This document shows positions 9,564-17,930 of a DNA stretch of 64,000 nt, piece after piece. The stretch spans positions 1-64,000 of the forward strand of contig CBDDBZ010000032.1 of NCBI GenBank assembly GCA_965225945.1. Reading direction: 5' to 3'. A program made the translations under genes and the position numbers. Under the pieces are notes generated by a model, which made no database searches, was not told where the DNA came from, and saw only the letters and a list, made by a program, of their open reading frames with translations. How positions within the stretch are numbered: position 1 is the first letter of the stretch; each line of letters begins with the position of its first letter. Origin of the DNA: Alphaproteobacteria bacterium. Lineage in GTDB: Bacteria > Pseudomonadota > Alphaproteobacteria > GCA-2731375.

Positions 9564-10457
9564 CTAGGTCCGGAGCCGGGGGTCGAGGAAGTCCCGAATC
9601 CCGTCGCCCAGCAAGTTGAAGACGACCGCCAGGACCACGATCATCAGCCCCGGCACGACGGTGACGTGGGGCGCCTCGCGCAGCACCTGCTGTCCTTCCG
9701 CCACCATGAGGCCCCAGTCGGCGGCCGGGGGCTGCACCCCGAGCCCGAGGTAGCTCAGCCCCGCGCCGACGACGATCACGATTCCGACGAGCACCGTGGT
9801 ATAGGCGAGCACCGGCGGCACCACATTGGGCAGGAGCTCGCGCGCCAGCAGCTCATAGGTGCTGGCCCCGGCCGCCCGGGCCGCCAGCACGTAGTCCATC
9901 GCGAGCTCCGAGAGCACCGCGGTCCGAACGACCCGGCTGATGTAGGGCACGATGACCACCGCGAGTGCGATCACCACGCTCAGGATCCCGGCGCCGAGGA
10001 TGCCGACCAGCAGCAGGGCCAGCAGGACCATCGGGAAGGCGAAGAGAACGTCGAGGCCGCGCATGATCACGTCGTCCACCCAGCCGCCGAAGTACCCCGC
10101 GATCATGCCTAGGGCGACGCTCGCGAGGGTGGCGATGAGCACCGGGAGGATCCCGATCAGCAGCGATATGCGGCCCCCCCACAGCAGCCGGCTCAACACG
10201 TCGCGTCCCAGTCCGTCGGTGCCCAGCCAGTGCCCGGGCGTGCCCACAGTGGCGTAGCGCATGTCGAGATCGATCTCGGCGGGGTCATAGGGGCTGATCC
10301 AGGGGGCGAGGATCGAGACCAGGATCACCAGGAGGACGAACGCGAGGCATGCCGCGGCCAGCTTGTCGCGGCGCAGCCATATCGCGATCCGGCTCCCGCG
10401 GAAGCGCGCGGCGCGGGTCGTCGCCGGCGCTGGCCCGGCCGGTGAGCGCGCGACCAT
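9564..10457 (-). CDS. Dpp/Opp-type ABC transporter permease (C subunit)
   Basis: HWLGTDGLGRD, EAA-like loop, TM helices. Confidence 0.95.
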   Translation of the reverse strand: MVARSPAGPAPATTRAARFRGSRIAIWLRRDKLAAACLAFVLLVILVSILAPWISPYDPAEIDLDMRYATVGTPGHWLGTDGLGRDVLSRLLWGGRISLLIGILPVLIATLASVALGMIAGYFGGWVDDVIMRGLDVLFAFPMVLLALLLVGILGAGILSVVIALAVVIVPYISRVVRTAVLSELAMDYVLAARAAGASTYELLARELLPNVVPPVLAYTTVLVGIVIVVGAGLSYLGLGVQPPAADWGLMVAEGQQVLREAPHVTVVPGLMIVVLAVVFNLLGDGIRDFLDPRLRT

Positions 10458-10459
10458 CG

Positions 10460-11410
10460 CTACTGCACCTCGAGCCTGGGGTCGAGAAGGGCGTTGATCA
10501 TGTCGGCGAGAAAGTTGACGAAGACGAAGACGAAGGCGATGACCAGGCTCGCCCCCATCGTCAGCGGGATGTCCCGCGCCAGCACGCCCTGGAACAGCTG
10601 GAACCCGATGCCGGGCCAGCCGAAGACGACCTCCACGAAGATCACCCCTCCGACCAGGTAGCCGAGCTGGAGCCCGGTGATCGTGACGATGGGCGAGAGG
10701 ACGTTGGGCAGCACGTGCCCGGAGAAGACCCGGGACCGGGGCAGCCCCTTGGCCCGGGCCGCGGTCACGAACTCCGCTCCCCGGACCTCGAGCATCGCGC
10801 TGCGGGCCACCTTGGCGATGATCGCGGCCGGCTGGGCCGCGACCGCTACCGCCGGGAGCACCAGGTGGTGCAGCAGGTCGAGGAAGCCCGGCTCCCCGCG
10901 CGGGGAGTACATCCCGGTCGCGGGGAAGAGCTCGAGCTGGACGGACAGGACGAGAATGAGGACGAGGGCCAGCCAGAAGGGCGGTGCCGTACCCACGATC
11001 AGCATGATGGAGGTGATGCTCCGGTCGACGGGGGAGCCGGCGTGAAAGGCGGCGGCGAATCCCCCGACGATCCCGGCCACCGCGGCCAGGACGAGACCGG
11101 CCCCGGCCAGGATCGCGGTGTTGCCGATGGCCGGCCCCAGCACGCTCCCGACCGGGGTTTTCCGGGAGATGGAGTACCCGAGGTCGCCGCGCAGCAGGTG
11201 CCCCATGTACCGCGCGTACTGGATGTGCAGCGGCTGGTCCAAGCCGTAGTAGCGCTCGACCCGGGCCACCATCTCGGGGCTCACCTGGAAGCCGACGATG
11301 GACAGGACCTTGCTCCCCGGCAAGGCGTGGCTCGCGGCGAACACGAGCAGGGTGACCCCGATCAGCACGGGGATGATCGCCAAGCTCCGCCTGAGCGCAT
11401 ACCTACCCAT
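10460..11410 (-). CDS. Dpp/Opp-type ABC transporter permease (B subunit)
   Basis: GLDQPLHIQY, GDLGYS, ARAKGL; start MGRYALRR at 11410. Confidence 0.93.
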   Translation of the reverse strand: MGRYALRRSLAIIPVLIGVTLLVFAASHALPGSKVLSIVGFQVSPEMVARVERYYGLDQPLHIQYARYMGHLLRGDLGYSISRKTPVGSVLGPAIGNTAILAGAGLVLAAVAGIVGGFAAAFHAGSPVDRSITSIMLIVGTAPPFWLALVLILVLSVQLELFPATGMYSPRGEPGFLDLLHHLVLPAVAVAAQPAAIIAKVARSAMLEVRGAEFVTAARAKGLPRSRVFSGHVLPNVLSPIVTITGLQLGYLVGGVIFVEVVFGWPGIGFQLFQGVLARDIPLTMGASLVIAFVFVFVNFLADMINALLDPRLEVQ

Positions 11411-11469
11411 GGTGTCTCCGAAGGGTATGCCGGGGCGCCCCCCGGCATGGCCCCCGCCGCGCGATCGGG

Positions 11470-13077
11470 CTACTTCTCGATGTCGACCTCGTGCAGGACG
11501 AACCAGTTCTCGTGCGGGAGGACGAAGTTCTTGACGTAGGGCTGATAGGCGGTGGGCGACAGATCGATGAGGGCCGGGATCACGGCCACGTCCTCGTTGA
11601 CGACGATCTGATTGACCCGCGCGAACAGCTCCTTCGACTTCGCCAGATCCGGCGTGCTGGTGGCTTCGTCCAGCAGCCGATCGACCTCGGGGTTCACGTA
11701 CCACCCGTAGTTGCTGAAGGGTTGCTTCTTGCTGTGCAGGATCTGGCGCACCCAGAAGCCGGTGCTCATGCCCCACGGCATGGGCAGGATCTGTGCGTCG
11801 GGCTGGAGGCCCCTGCTGAGCAGGCTGATGAAGCCGTACCACTCCAGAGTCTCGACCTTCAGGTCGATGAAGATCTTGGAGAGGTTCGACTGGAACGCGA
11901 GCGCGATCGGCACCGGGGCGATCGTGCCGGAGCCCGAGGCGGGGTTCGGCATGTGCATGGTCACCCGGTTGTCGGGGCCGTATCCCGCCTCCCGCATCAA
12001 GGCCTTGGCCTTCTCCAGATCGTGCGGCAGGCTCCGGAACCCGGGGTCATACGGGGGGGAGCCCGGGGACACGATGCTGTGGGCCGCCTCCGCCGCGCCG
12101 CTCAGCAGCTTCTTCGCCAAGGTCTCCTTGTCGATGGCCATCGCCATCGCCCTGCGCACCCGGACGTCCTTGAGGACCGGGTCCTTCAGGTTGAGCACGA
12201 AGTAGATCATGTTCGGCACGAGGTTGGTGGCGACCTTGAAGCCATCCTCGCGCAGCAGCGCGATGTTGTCCGGGGGCACGGCCGGAATGATGTCCAGCTC
12301 CCCGCGGCGGAAGCCGGCGACCATGGCCGCCATGTTGGTGAACTCGCGGAACACGATACGGTCCACCTTGGCCGGCGGACCCCAGTAGCCGTCGAAGCGC
12401 TCGACCACGATCCGGTCGCCGGGCACCCACTCGACGAACTTGAAAGGCCCGGTGCCGACCGGGTTCTTGGCCAGGCCCTCCTGGCCGTGCTTCTCCACCG
12501 CGCCCGGGCTGACCACGAAGAAGCTGCCGCACGTCGTGGCGTAGAGCTGGCGGACGAACTCGGGAAAAGGGTGCTTCAGAAACACCTTGATGGTGTTCTT
12601 GTCGACCACTTGGATGTCCTTGACCGAATCGGCCCAGAAGCTGGCCGGCCCCGCCGCGGCCGCGTAGTAGTGGGACGCTTCCTCGCCTTCGCTCTTGCGC
12701 CAGACCCGCCGGAAGTTCCAGTCGACCACGTTGGCGTCCAGCTCGGTGCCGTCGTGGAACTTGACCCCCTTGCGAATGTGGAAGGTGACCTCCGTCGCGT
12801 CGGGCGAGGTCTCCCAGCGCTCGGCGAGCGCGGGCACGAGCTTCGGGGGGATGGCGTCGGGATCGGTGAGGTCGGTCGTCACGAGCGGCTCGTACATCGT
12901 GATGATCTCGCGGTACAGCGCGTACGAGCAGATGACGTGGCCGTCGAAGCCCGGCATGTTCGCTTCGATGGCCACGGTGAGCGTCTTCGTCTCGGCGGCC
13001 TGGACGCCCGAGGGGTGAGAGACGAGCAACGCGAGAGCGAGCAACAGGCCGGTTGCGAGCCGCTGGTTTCTTGGCAT
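11470..13077 (-). CDS. ABC transporter substrate-binding protein, family 5
   Basis: Signal peptide, VPALAERW, GVKFHDG, PVGTGPFK; GGAGGAG RBS. Confidence 0.95.
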   Translation of the reverse strand: MPRNQRLATGLLLALALLVSHPSGVQAAETKTLTVAIEANMPGFDGHVICSYALYREIITMYEPLVTTDLTDPDAIPPKLVPALAERWETSPDATEVTFHIRKGVKFHDGTELDANVVDWNFRRVWRKSEGEEASHYYAAAAGPASFWADSVKDIQVVDKNTIKVFLKHPFPEFVRQLYATTCGSFFVVSPGAVEKHGQEGLAKNPVGTGPFKFVEWVPGDRIVVERFDGYWGPPAKVDRIVFREFTNMAAMVAGFRRGELDIIPAVPPDNIALLREDGFKVATNLVPNMIYFVLNLKDPVLKDVRVRRAMAMAIDKETLAKKLLSGAAEAAHSIVSPGSPPYDPGFRSLPHDLEKAKALMREAGYGPDNRVTMHMPNPASGSGTIAPVPIALAFQSNLSKIFIDLKVETLEWYGFISLLSRGLQPDAQILPMPWGMSTGFWVRQILHSKKQPFSNYGWYVNPEVDRLLDEATSTPDLAKSKELFARVNQIVVNEDVAVIPALIDLSPTAYQPYVKNFVLPHENWFVLHEVDIEK

Positions 13078-13264
13078 CAGTGTTCTCCTCCATCCCGCCT
13101 GTAGGCTGGTTATGATCCAGGCGCCACGGGTTCTTGTATGCTAGAGTAGCGTTCTCGCCATCACAAACATAAAAGATTACGAATGGCCCGGCCGAGTCGG
13201 CGGGTTGTCAATGCCCCGGGTATCGCGTTCAATGCGGGCGGTCGAAGAGCGTGAGGAGAACGCC

Positions 13265-14665
13265 GTGGCCACCACCCCCCTGCACTATCAGAGCCTGATG
13301 GAGATCTCCGCGCGGATCCACCAAGGAAAGATCCGCTCGGCAGAGGTGACCGGGGCGCTGCTTGAGCGCATCGACGCCCTCGATCCGCGGCTCCACGCTT
13401 TCTCCGTCCTGATCCCCGACGCGGCGATGGCAGCGGCGGAGGCGGCCGATCGGGAGATCTCGGCTGGCAACTTCCAGAGCCCCCTGCATGGCGTCCCCGT
13501 CGCGGTGAAGGATCTTTGCCGGACCCGGGGAGTACGCACGCGCGCCGGCATGCCGGTGCTGAACGACTACGTTCCGGACTACGACAGCACCGCGGTCACC
13601 CGCTTTCGCGCGGCGGGGGCGGTGATCCTCGGCAAGCTCGAGCTCACCGAAGGGGCGTTCGCCTTCCACCACCCGAACGTCGTGAGCCCGGTCAATCCCT
13701 GGGGAGCGGAGCACTGGGTCGGCGCCTCCTCGAGCGGCTCCGGCGCTGCCACCGCGGCCGGACTCTGTTATGGCTCGCTCGGCTCGGATACCGGCGGCTC
13801 CATACGGTTTCCGTGCTTGGCCTGCGGCTTGACCGGCCTCAAGCCGACTTGGGGCCGGGTCAGCCGCTACGGGGTGTTCATGCTCTCCGACACCCTCGAC
13901 CACCTGGGGCCGATGACCCGCACGGCCGAGGACGCCGCCGCCATCCTCGCGGTAATTGCGGGCCCGGACGACGACGACCACCACACTGCGCTTACGCCGG
14001 TCCCCGACTATCTGGCCGAGCTCGATAAAGGGGCCGAGGGCCTGCGGATCGGCTGGGACGAGACCTATTGCACCGACGGCGTGGACCCCGAGGTGGCGGC
14101 GGGGGTCAAGGCGGCGCTCGCGGTTCTCGAGCGCGCGGGTGCCAAGGTCGTGGAGGTCACCGTCCCGGACACGCACGACATCATCGCGCATTGGGCGGTG
14201 CTCTGTGCGGCCGAGACCGCCGTGGCCCACGAGGCGACCTACCCGTCGCAGGCCAACGCCTACGGGCCGGACCTGAAGGCATTCATCGATTCCGGCATCG
14301 CCGCCACGAGCCTCGACGTCGGACGCGCGAATATCTGCCGTAACCACTGGCGCGGCACTCTGACGCGGCTCCTGCGGCAGGCCGACATGCTCATCGCGCC
14401 AACCTATTTCGGCCCGACCCCGTCGCTCGAGGAGTTCCGTGCGCTCGTCGACGAGGAGGGGGGACTGTTCAAGCTCACCCGCTACGCCGCCCCGTATGAC
14501 ATGTCCGGTAGCCCGACCCTGTCGCTGCCCTGCGGGCTCGGCGCAGCCGGGCTCCCGCTTGGCTTCCAGCTCATCGGGCGGGACTTCACCGAAGAGCTGC
14601 TCCTGCGGGCCGGCCACGCCTACCAGCGGCACACCGATTGGCACCGAAACCACCCGTCGCTGTGA
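13265..14665 (+). CDS. Amidase (amidase-signature family)
   Basis: VAVKD Lys, GASSSGS, GSDTGGSIRFP triad; GTG start after GAGGAG (ORF extends back to 13205). Confidence 0.93.
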   Translation: MATTPLHYQSLMEISARIHQGKIRSAEVTGALLERIDALDPRLHAFSVLIPDAAMAAAEAADREISAGNFQSPLHGVPVAVKDLCRTRGVRTRAGMPVLNDYVPDYDSTAVTRFRAAGAVILGKLELTEGAFAFHHPNVVSPVNPWGAEHWVGASSSGSGAATAAGLCYGSLGSDTGGSIRFPCLACGLTGLKPTWGRVSRYGVFMLSDTLDHLGPMTRTAEDAAAILAVIAGPDDDDHHTALTPVPDYLAELDKGAEGLRIGWDETYCTDGVDPEVAAGVKAALAVLERAGAKVVEVTVPDTHDIIAHWAVLCAAETAVAHEATYPSQANAYGPDLKAFIDSGIAATSLDVGRANICRNHWRGTLTRLLRQADMLIAPTYFGPTPSLEEFRALVDEEGGLFKLTRYAAPYDMSGSPTLSLPCGLGAAGLPLGFQLIGRDFTEELLLRAGHAYQRHTDWHRNHPSL

Positions 14666-14691
14666 CCCTCCCCCCAGCAGCCTCGAAACTC

Positions 14692-14850
14692 AAAGCCGTC
14701 GTCATGCTTCGACTCGGTACGGCCGACGAACCCGGGCTCGCGGAGGAGATCATCGAGACCGTGCACCGGCGGCTAGAACGAGCTTCGGCGCCCGCGGGAG
14801 GTCGAATTCGCCGCCAGTTTGCCGAAGGCGCAGACTGGAAAGATCCATTG
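14692..14850 (+). pseudogene. Acyl-CoA synthetase (AMP-binding C-terminal domain) remnant
   Basis: KAVVML..LAEEIIETVHRRL..AP, frameshift, REVEFAASLPKAQTGKI (A10 Lys motif). Confidence 0.65.
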
Positions 14851-14909
14851 ACGATGACGCGTCGGTCCAGGAGACCGCGGACGGTCCAAATCAACAAGGG
14901 GAGAGAGCC

Positions 14910-16496
14910 ATGCCGTATCAACGTCCCGACGACGAAGACGTCATAACACTCGCGGCAGAGCTGGGGATCCGGCTCACCGAAACCGAGGCGCGCTTGTTTC
15001 GGGTCCGCATGCACGAGCACGTGGAGGCCCTGGAGTCGTTTCACGAACTGCGGATCGAGGAGGACCGGCCCCCGCTCGGGCACCTGCACCGGGACCCGGG
15101 CTACCGGCCCAACGCGGAGGAGGATCCCCTCAATGCGTTCATCCGCCGGTGTCGGGTGGAGGGGGCGGAGGACGGCCCCCTGCGAGGTAAGAGCGTGGGG
15201 CTCAAGGACCACACCGCGGTCGCCGGGGTTCCCCTCACCCTCGGGTCGCACTTCATGGACGGCTACACCCCGGACTTCGACGCCACCATCGTGACCCGGC
15301 TTCTAGCAGCGGGGGCGACAATCGTCGGTAAAATGAACATGGAGGACTTCTCCTTCGGCGGTCCGGGCTTCAATGGGGTCGGCGACTTCGGCCGCCCCCT
15401 CAACCCACATGATCCCGACTACGTGACCGGCGGTTCGTCCTCCGGCTCGGGGGCAGCAGTGGCGGCGGGGCACGTTGACATCGCATTCGGGGGCGATCAG
15501 GGGGGCTCGGTCCGTATACCCGCCGCCTGGTGCGGTTGCCTCGGATTGATGGCCACCCACGGCCTCATCCCCCATACTGGCGTCATCGGGCTCGAACCGA
15601 CGATTGACTTCGTTGGCCCGATGACCCGTACCGTCGAAGACCTCGCCCAGGTGCTGCAGTGCGTCGCGGGGCGCGACGGCTACGACCCGCGCCAAGCCGA
15701 CGTCCCGTCCGTCCTGCCCGAGTATACGAGCGCTCTCGGGCGTGGGGTGGACGGTCTCAAGATCGGCGTCCTCACCGAGGGGTTCGGGGCCGAGGGCAGC
15801 GAGCCGGAAGTCGACGAGACAGTAATGGAGGCGCTCGCGGTGCTCGAAAAAGCGGGGGCGAAATTGCGGCCCGTGTCTGTGGCGGCCCACCAGAGCGCTT
15901 CGCTCGCCATCCTCCCCCTGTTTTTTGAAGGCGCCAAGCTCGGTTACGACACCAATCTCGGCGGGGCGTTTGCGAAGTCATTCTATCCCGCCTCCCTTAT
16001 GGCGACGTTCGGCCGTGCCAAGCGCAGCCACAGCCACGAGCTGCCCCTCAACTTCAAGCTGATGCTCCTCTCCGGGACCTACGCCCAGCAGCGATACAAC
16101 GGCCGGCTCTACGCGAAAGCCCAAAATGTCCGACCGGGGATCGTGCGGCAATACCTCGGCGCTTTTGCAGAGGTCGATGTTCTCGCGATGCCGACGGTGG
16201 TCGTGAGGTCCCACCGCTACGAGGCAGCGAAGGACTACGTCGAGGCCATCGACCGCACCTTGTTCGGCGGGGAGCGCGGCGATGATCTGAGCGTCCTCGT
16301 TCACAACACCGCGCCGTTCAACTATACCGGCTTCCCGGCGCTCAGCGTTCCGTGCGCCGGCGCGAAAGGGATGCCGGTCGGCATGCAGCTCGTGGGGCCT
16401 TTCCACCGGGAGGAACTGCTCCTCCAGGTCGCGCACGCGTATCAGGAATCGGTAAATTGGGAGAGCATCTATCCAGCCCCGATCGCCCAGGGATGA
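14910..16496 (+). CDS. Amidase (amidase-signature family, nitrile-pathway amidase-like)
   Basis: VGLKD, GGSSSGS, GGDQGGSVRIPAAWCG (CX3C-like region); start MPYQRP after GGGGAG. Confidence 0.93.
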   Translation: MPYQRPDDEDVITLAAELGIRLTETEARLFRVRMHEHVEALESFHELRIEEDRPPLGHLHRDPGYRPNAEEDPLNAFIRRCRVEGAEDGPLRGKSVGLKDHTAVAGVPLTLGSHFMDGYTPDFDATIVTRLLAAGATIVGKMNMEDFSFGGPGFNGVGDFGRPLNPHDPDYVTGGSSSGSGAAVAAGHVDIAFGGDQGGSVRIPAAWCGCLGLMATHGLIPHTGVIGLEPTIDFVGPMTRTVEDLAQVLQCVAGRDGYDPRQADVPSVLPEYTSALGRGVDGLKIGVLTEGFGAEGSEPEVDETVMEALAVLEKAGAKLRPVSVAAHQSASLAILPLFFEGAKLGYDTNLGGAFAKSFYPASLMATFGRAKRSHSHELPLNFKLMLLSGTYAQQRYNGRLYAKAQNVRPGIVRQYLGAFAEVDVLAMPTVVVRSHRYEAAKDYVEAIDRTLFGGERGDDLSVLVHNTAPFNYTGFPALSVPCAGAKGMPVGMQLVGPFHREELLLQVAHAYQESVNWESIYPAPIAQG

Positions 16497-16559
16497 CCGA
16501 TGCGGAATGGGCCGCCCGGATGGCATTCGACATGCCTCAGGCCTGAGTCGCGAGCCGGC

Positions 16560-16722
16560 AGGATGCGGGAACCGGACCCGGTAAATCTCCAGCCAAAGGT
16601 GCGGCCGCTGAACTTGCGCGTGGCGGAGCTCATCCGCGCAAACAGGCCGCACACAAGACTGTTCCCGACCAATGCTCGTCCCATCGAGAAAATCCTTGCA
16701 AACAGGGAGCCATCCACACAAG
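16560..16722 (+). mobile_element. Probable orphan IS1111-type right non-coding end
   Basis: aaacaggccgcacacaagactg...ccttgcaaacagggagccatccacaca resembles IS1111-subgroup right termini (recognised by eye only). Confidence 0.4.
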
Positions 16723-16765
16723 ACATTCAACACAAGTAGCGATGATGCGGTCACCATCACCTCCG

Positions 16766-16799
16766 TTTAGGTCTGATAATTGAGGTTATCGCATCTAAA
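16766..16799. other. Putative tyrosine-recombinase crossover site B (14-6-14 palindrome)
   Basis: TTTAGGTCTGATAA-TTGAGG-TTATCGCATCTAAA with outer G/C pair; related to 7379. Confidence 0.55.
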
Positions 16800-17092
16800 C
16801 GAAGGATCCGCTAAACGTGGCGTGTTCGTACCAGCGGCACCTTCCGACTCTCTTTTCTGAAGGTCAATTTTCATGAACCGCCGCCGAATTCCATATTGAG
16901 ACTCTTGAACATCGACAGATGTCGCAGTTGCCAAGAAAGCCCGCGGATTCACGGTGACCCTGCTAAAGCCCCGTCGAGAGATAGTTGGCCAGGCCGGCGC
17001 GGTTGGTTTAGCATCCGGAGAACGCATGCGGCTGCATGATCGCACGCATTATCTGAAGGAGCTTGGATATGGGACAGCGTAAACGCATCGGG

Positions 17093-17451
17093 TGTCAACG
17101 CCAGAGTAATGCCAGTCCAAAAGCCGGAATAAAACCAGTCCACTTTAGTTGATTCGGTACGCGGTGTTGCGGGTTGTCCCGGTAGTCCATAGGAGGGACC
17201 CGGGCTGCTTCGTGTAGCGCTTGGCGTTACACGGAGCGAAGCAGCGTGGGAGGTCCCTGTGGGCCCCCCCGGGTCAACCTTGGGCGTGGTGGTCAAGCAG
17301 TCGTTTTGGGGATTTCCGCCGTTTTTGGCTTTGGTTGAGACGATAGCTCTCGCCGTTCATTTCCAGAATATGGACATGGTGGGTGAGACGGTCCAGCAAG
17401 ACTCCTGTCAGACGTTCCGAACCGAATATCTCCGTCCATTCATCGAACGGC
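17093..17451 (-). mobile_element. istB: IS21-family right end with istB 3' fragment
   Basis: [38 protein letters not shown]; TG terminus with repeated ccagtcca motifs. Confidence 0.8.
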
Positions 17452-17930
17452 TGAGACCGGCGGTGACAAATTAGTCCACGGAAGCGGCGGGATTTCCCAG
17501 CCGCGGGCGGAGTAAAACTCTGCCACCTGTAGCCTTCGATCTTTTTTGAGATGGAAGGCGGGAGGATGTACACCGTGGACCTATATCTGCGCGTTCGGCT
17601 GGCCTGCCATGTTGATGGTCTGAGCCAGCGAGAGGCGGCAAGTCGGTTTGGCATTGCGCGCGAGACGGTGAGGAAGATGCTGCGGCATTCGGAACCGCCG
17701 GGATATCGGCGATGCCAGCCACCGAAACGCCCGAAACTGGCCCCCTTCACGGATATCATCGACCGTATTCTGGAGGAGGACCGAACGGTTCACCGTAAGC
17801 AGCACCACACGGCGAAGCGTATATTCGAGCGCCTTCGCGACGAACATGGCTTCACGGGCAAAGAGACCATCGTGAAGGATTACGTTCGGGAACGGCGCCT
17901 TCGTCGGCGTGAGATGTTTGTGCCGTTGTC
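17452..17930 (+). mobile_element. istA: IS21-family left end with istA 5' fragment (ATG 17566), truncated by IS4
   Basis: MYTVDLYLRVRLACHVDGLSQREAA..HTAKRIFERL..EMFVPLS. Confidence 0.85.

Noticed and set aside
7923-10112. 729-aa plus-strand ORF and other long antisense ORFs (11491-13104, 35595-38603, 43965-46118, 47499-49529)
   Set aside because: Shadow ORFs opposite well-supported genes; expected in high-GC DNA, with no motifs
14439-14909. N-terminal extension making the second amidase a 685-aa fusion
   Set aside because: The extension overlaps the first amidase and the ligase relic in other frames; RBS plus ATG at 14910 gives a normal-length amidase
16540-16620. Group II intron domain V-like sequence
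   Set aside because: No convincing catalytic triad hairpin and no reverse transcriptase nearby
16767-17045. Minus-strand 92-aa ORF resembling an McrB/AAA+ RRRF motif
   Set aside because: Similarity limited to a few residues; no Walker motifs
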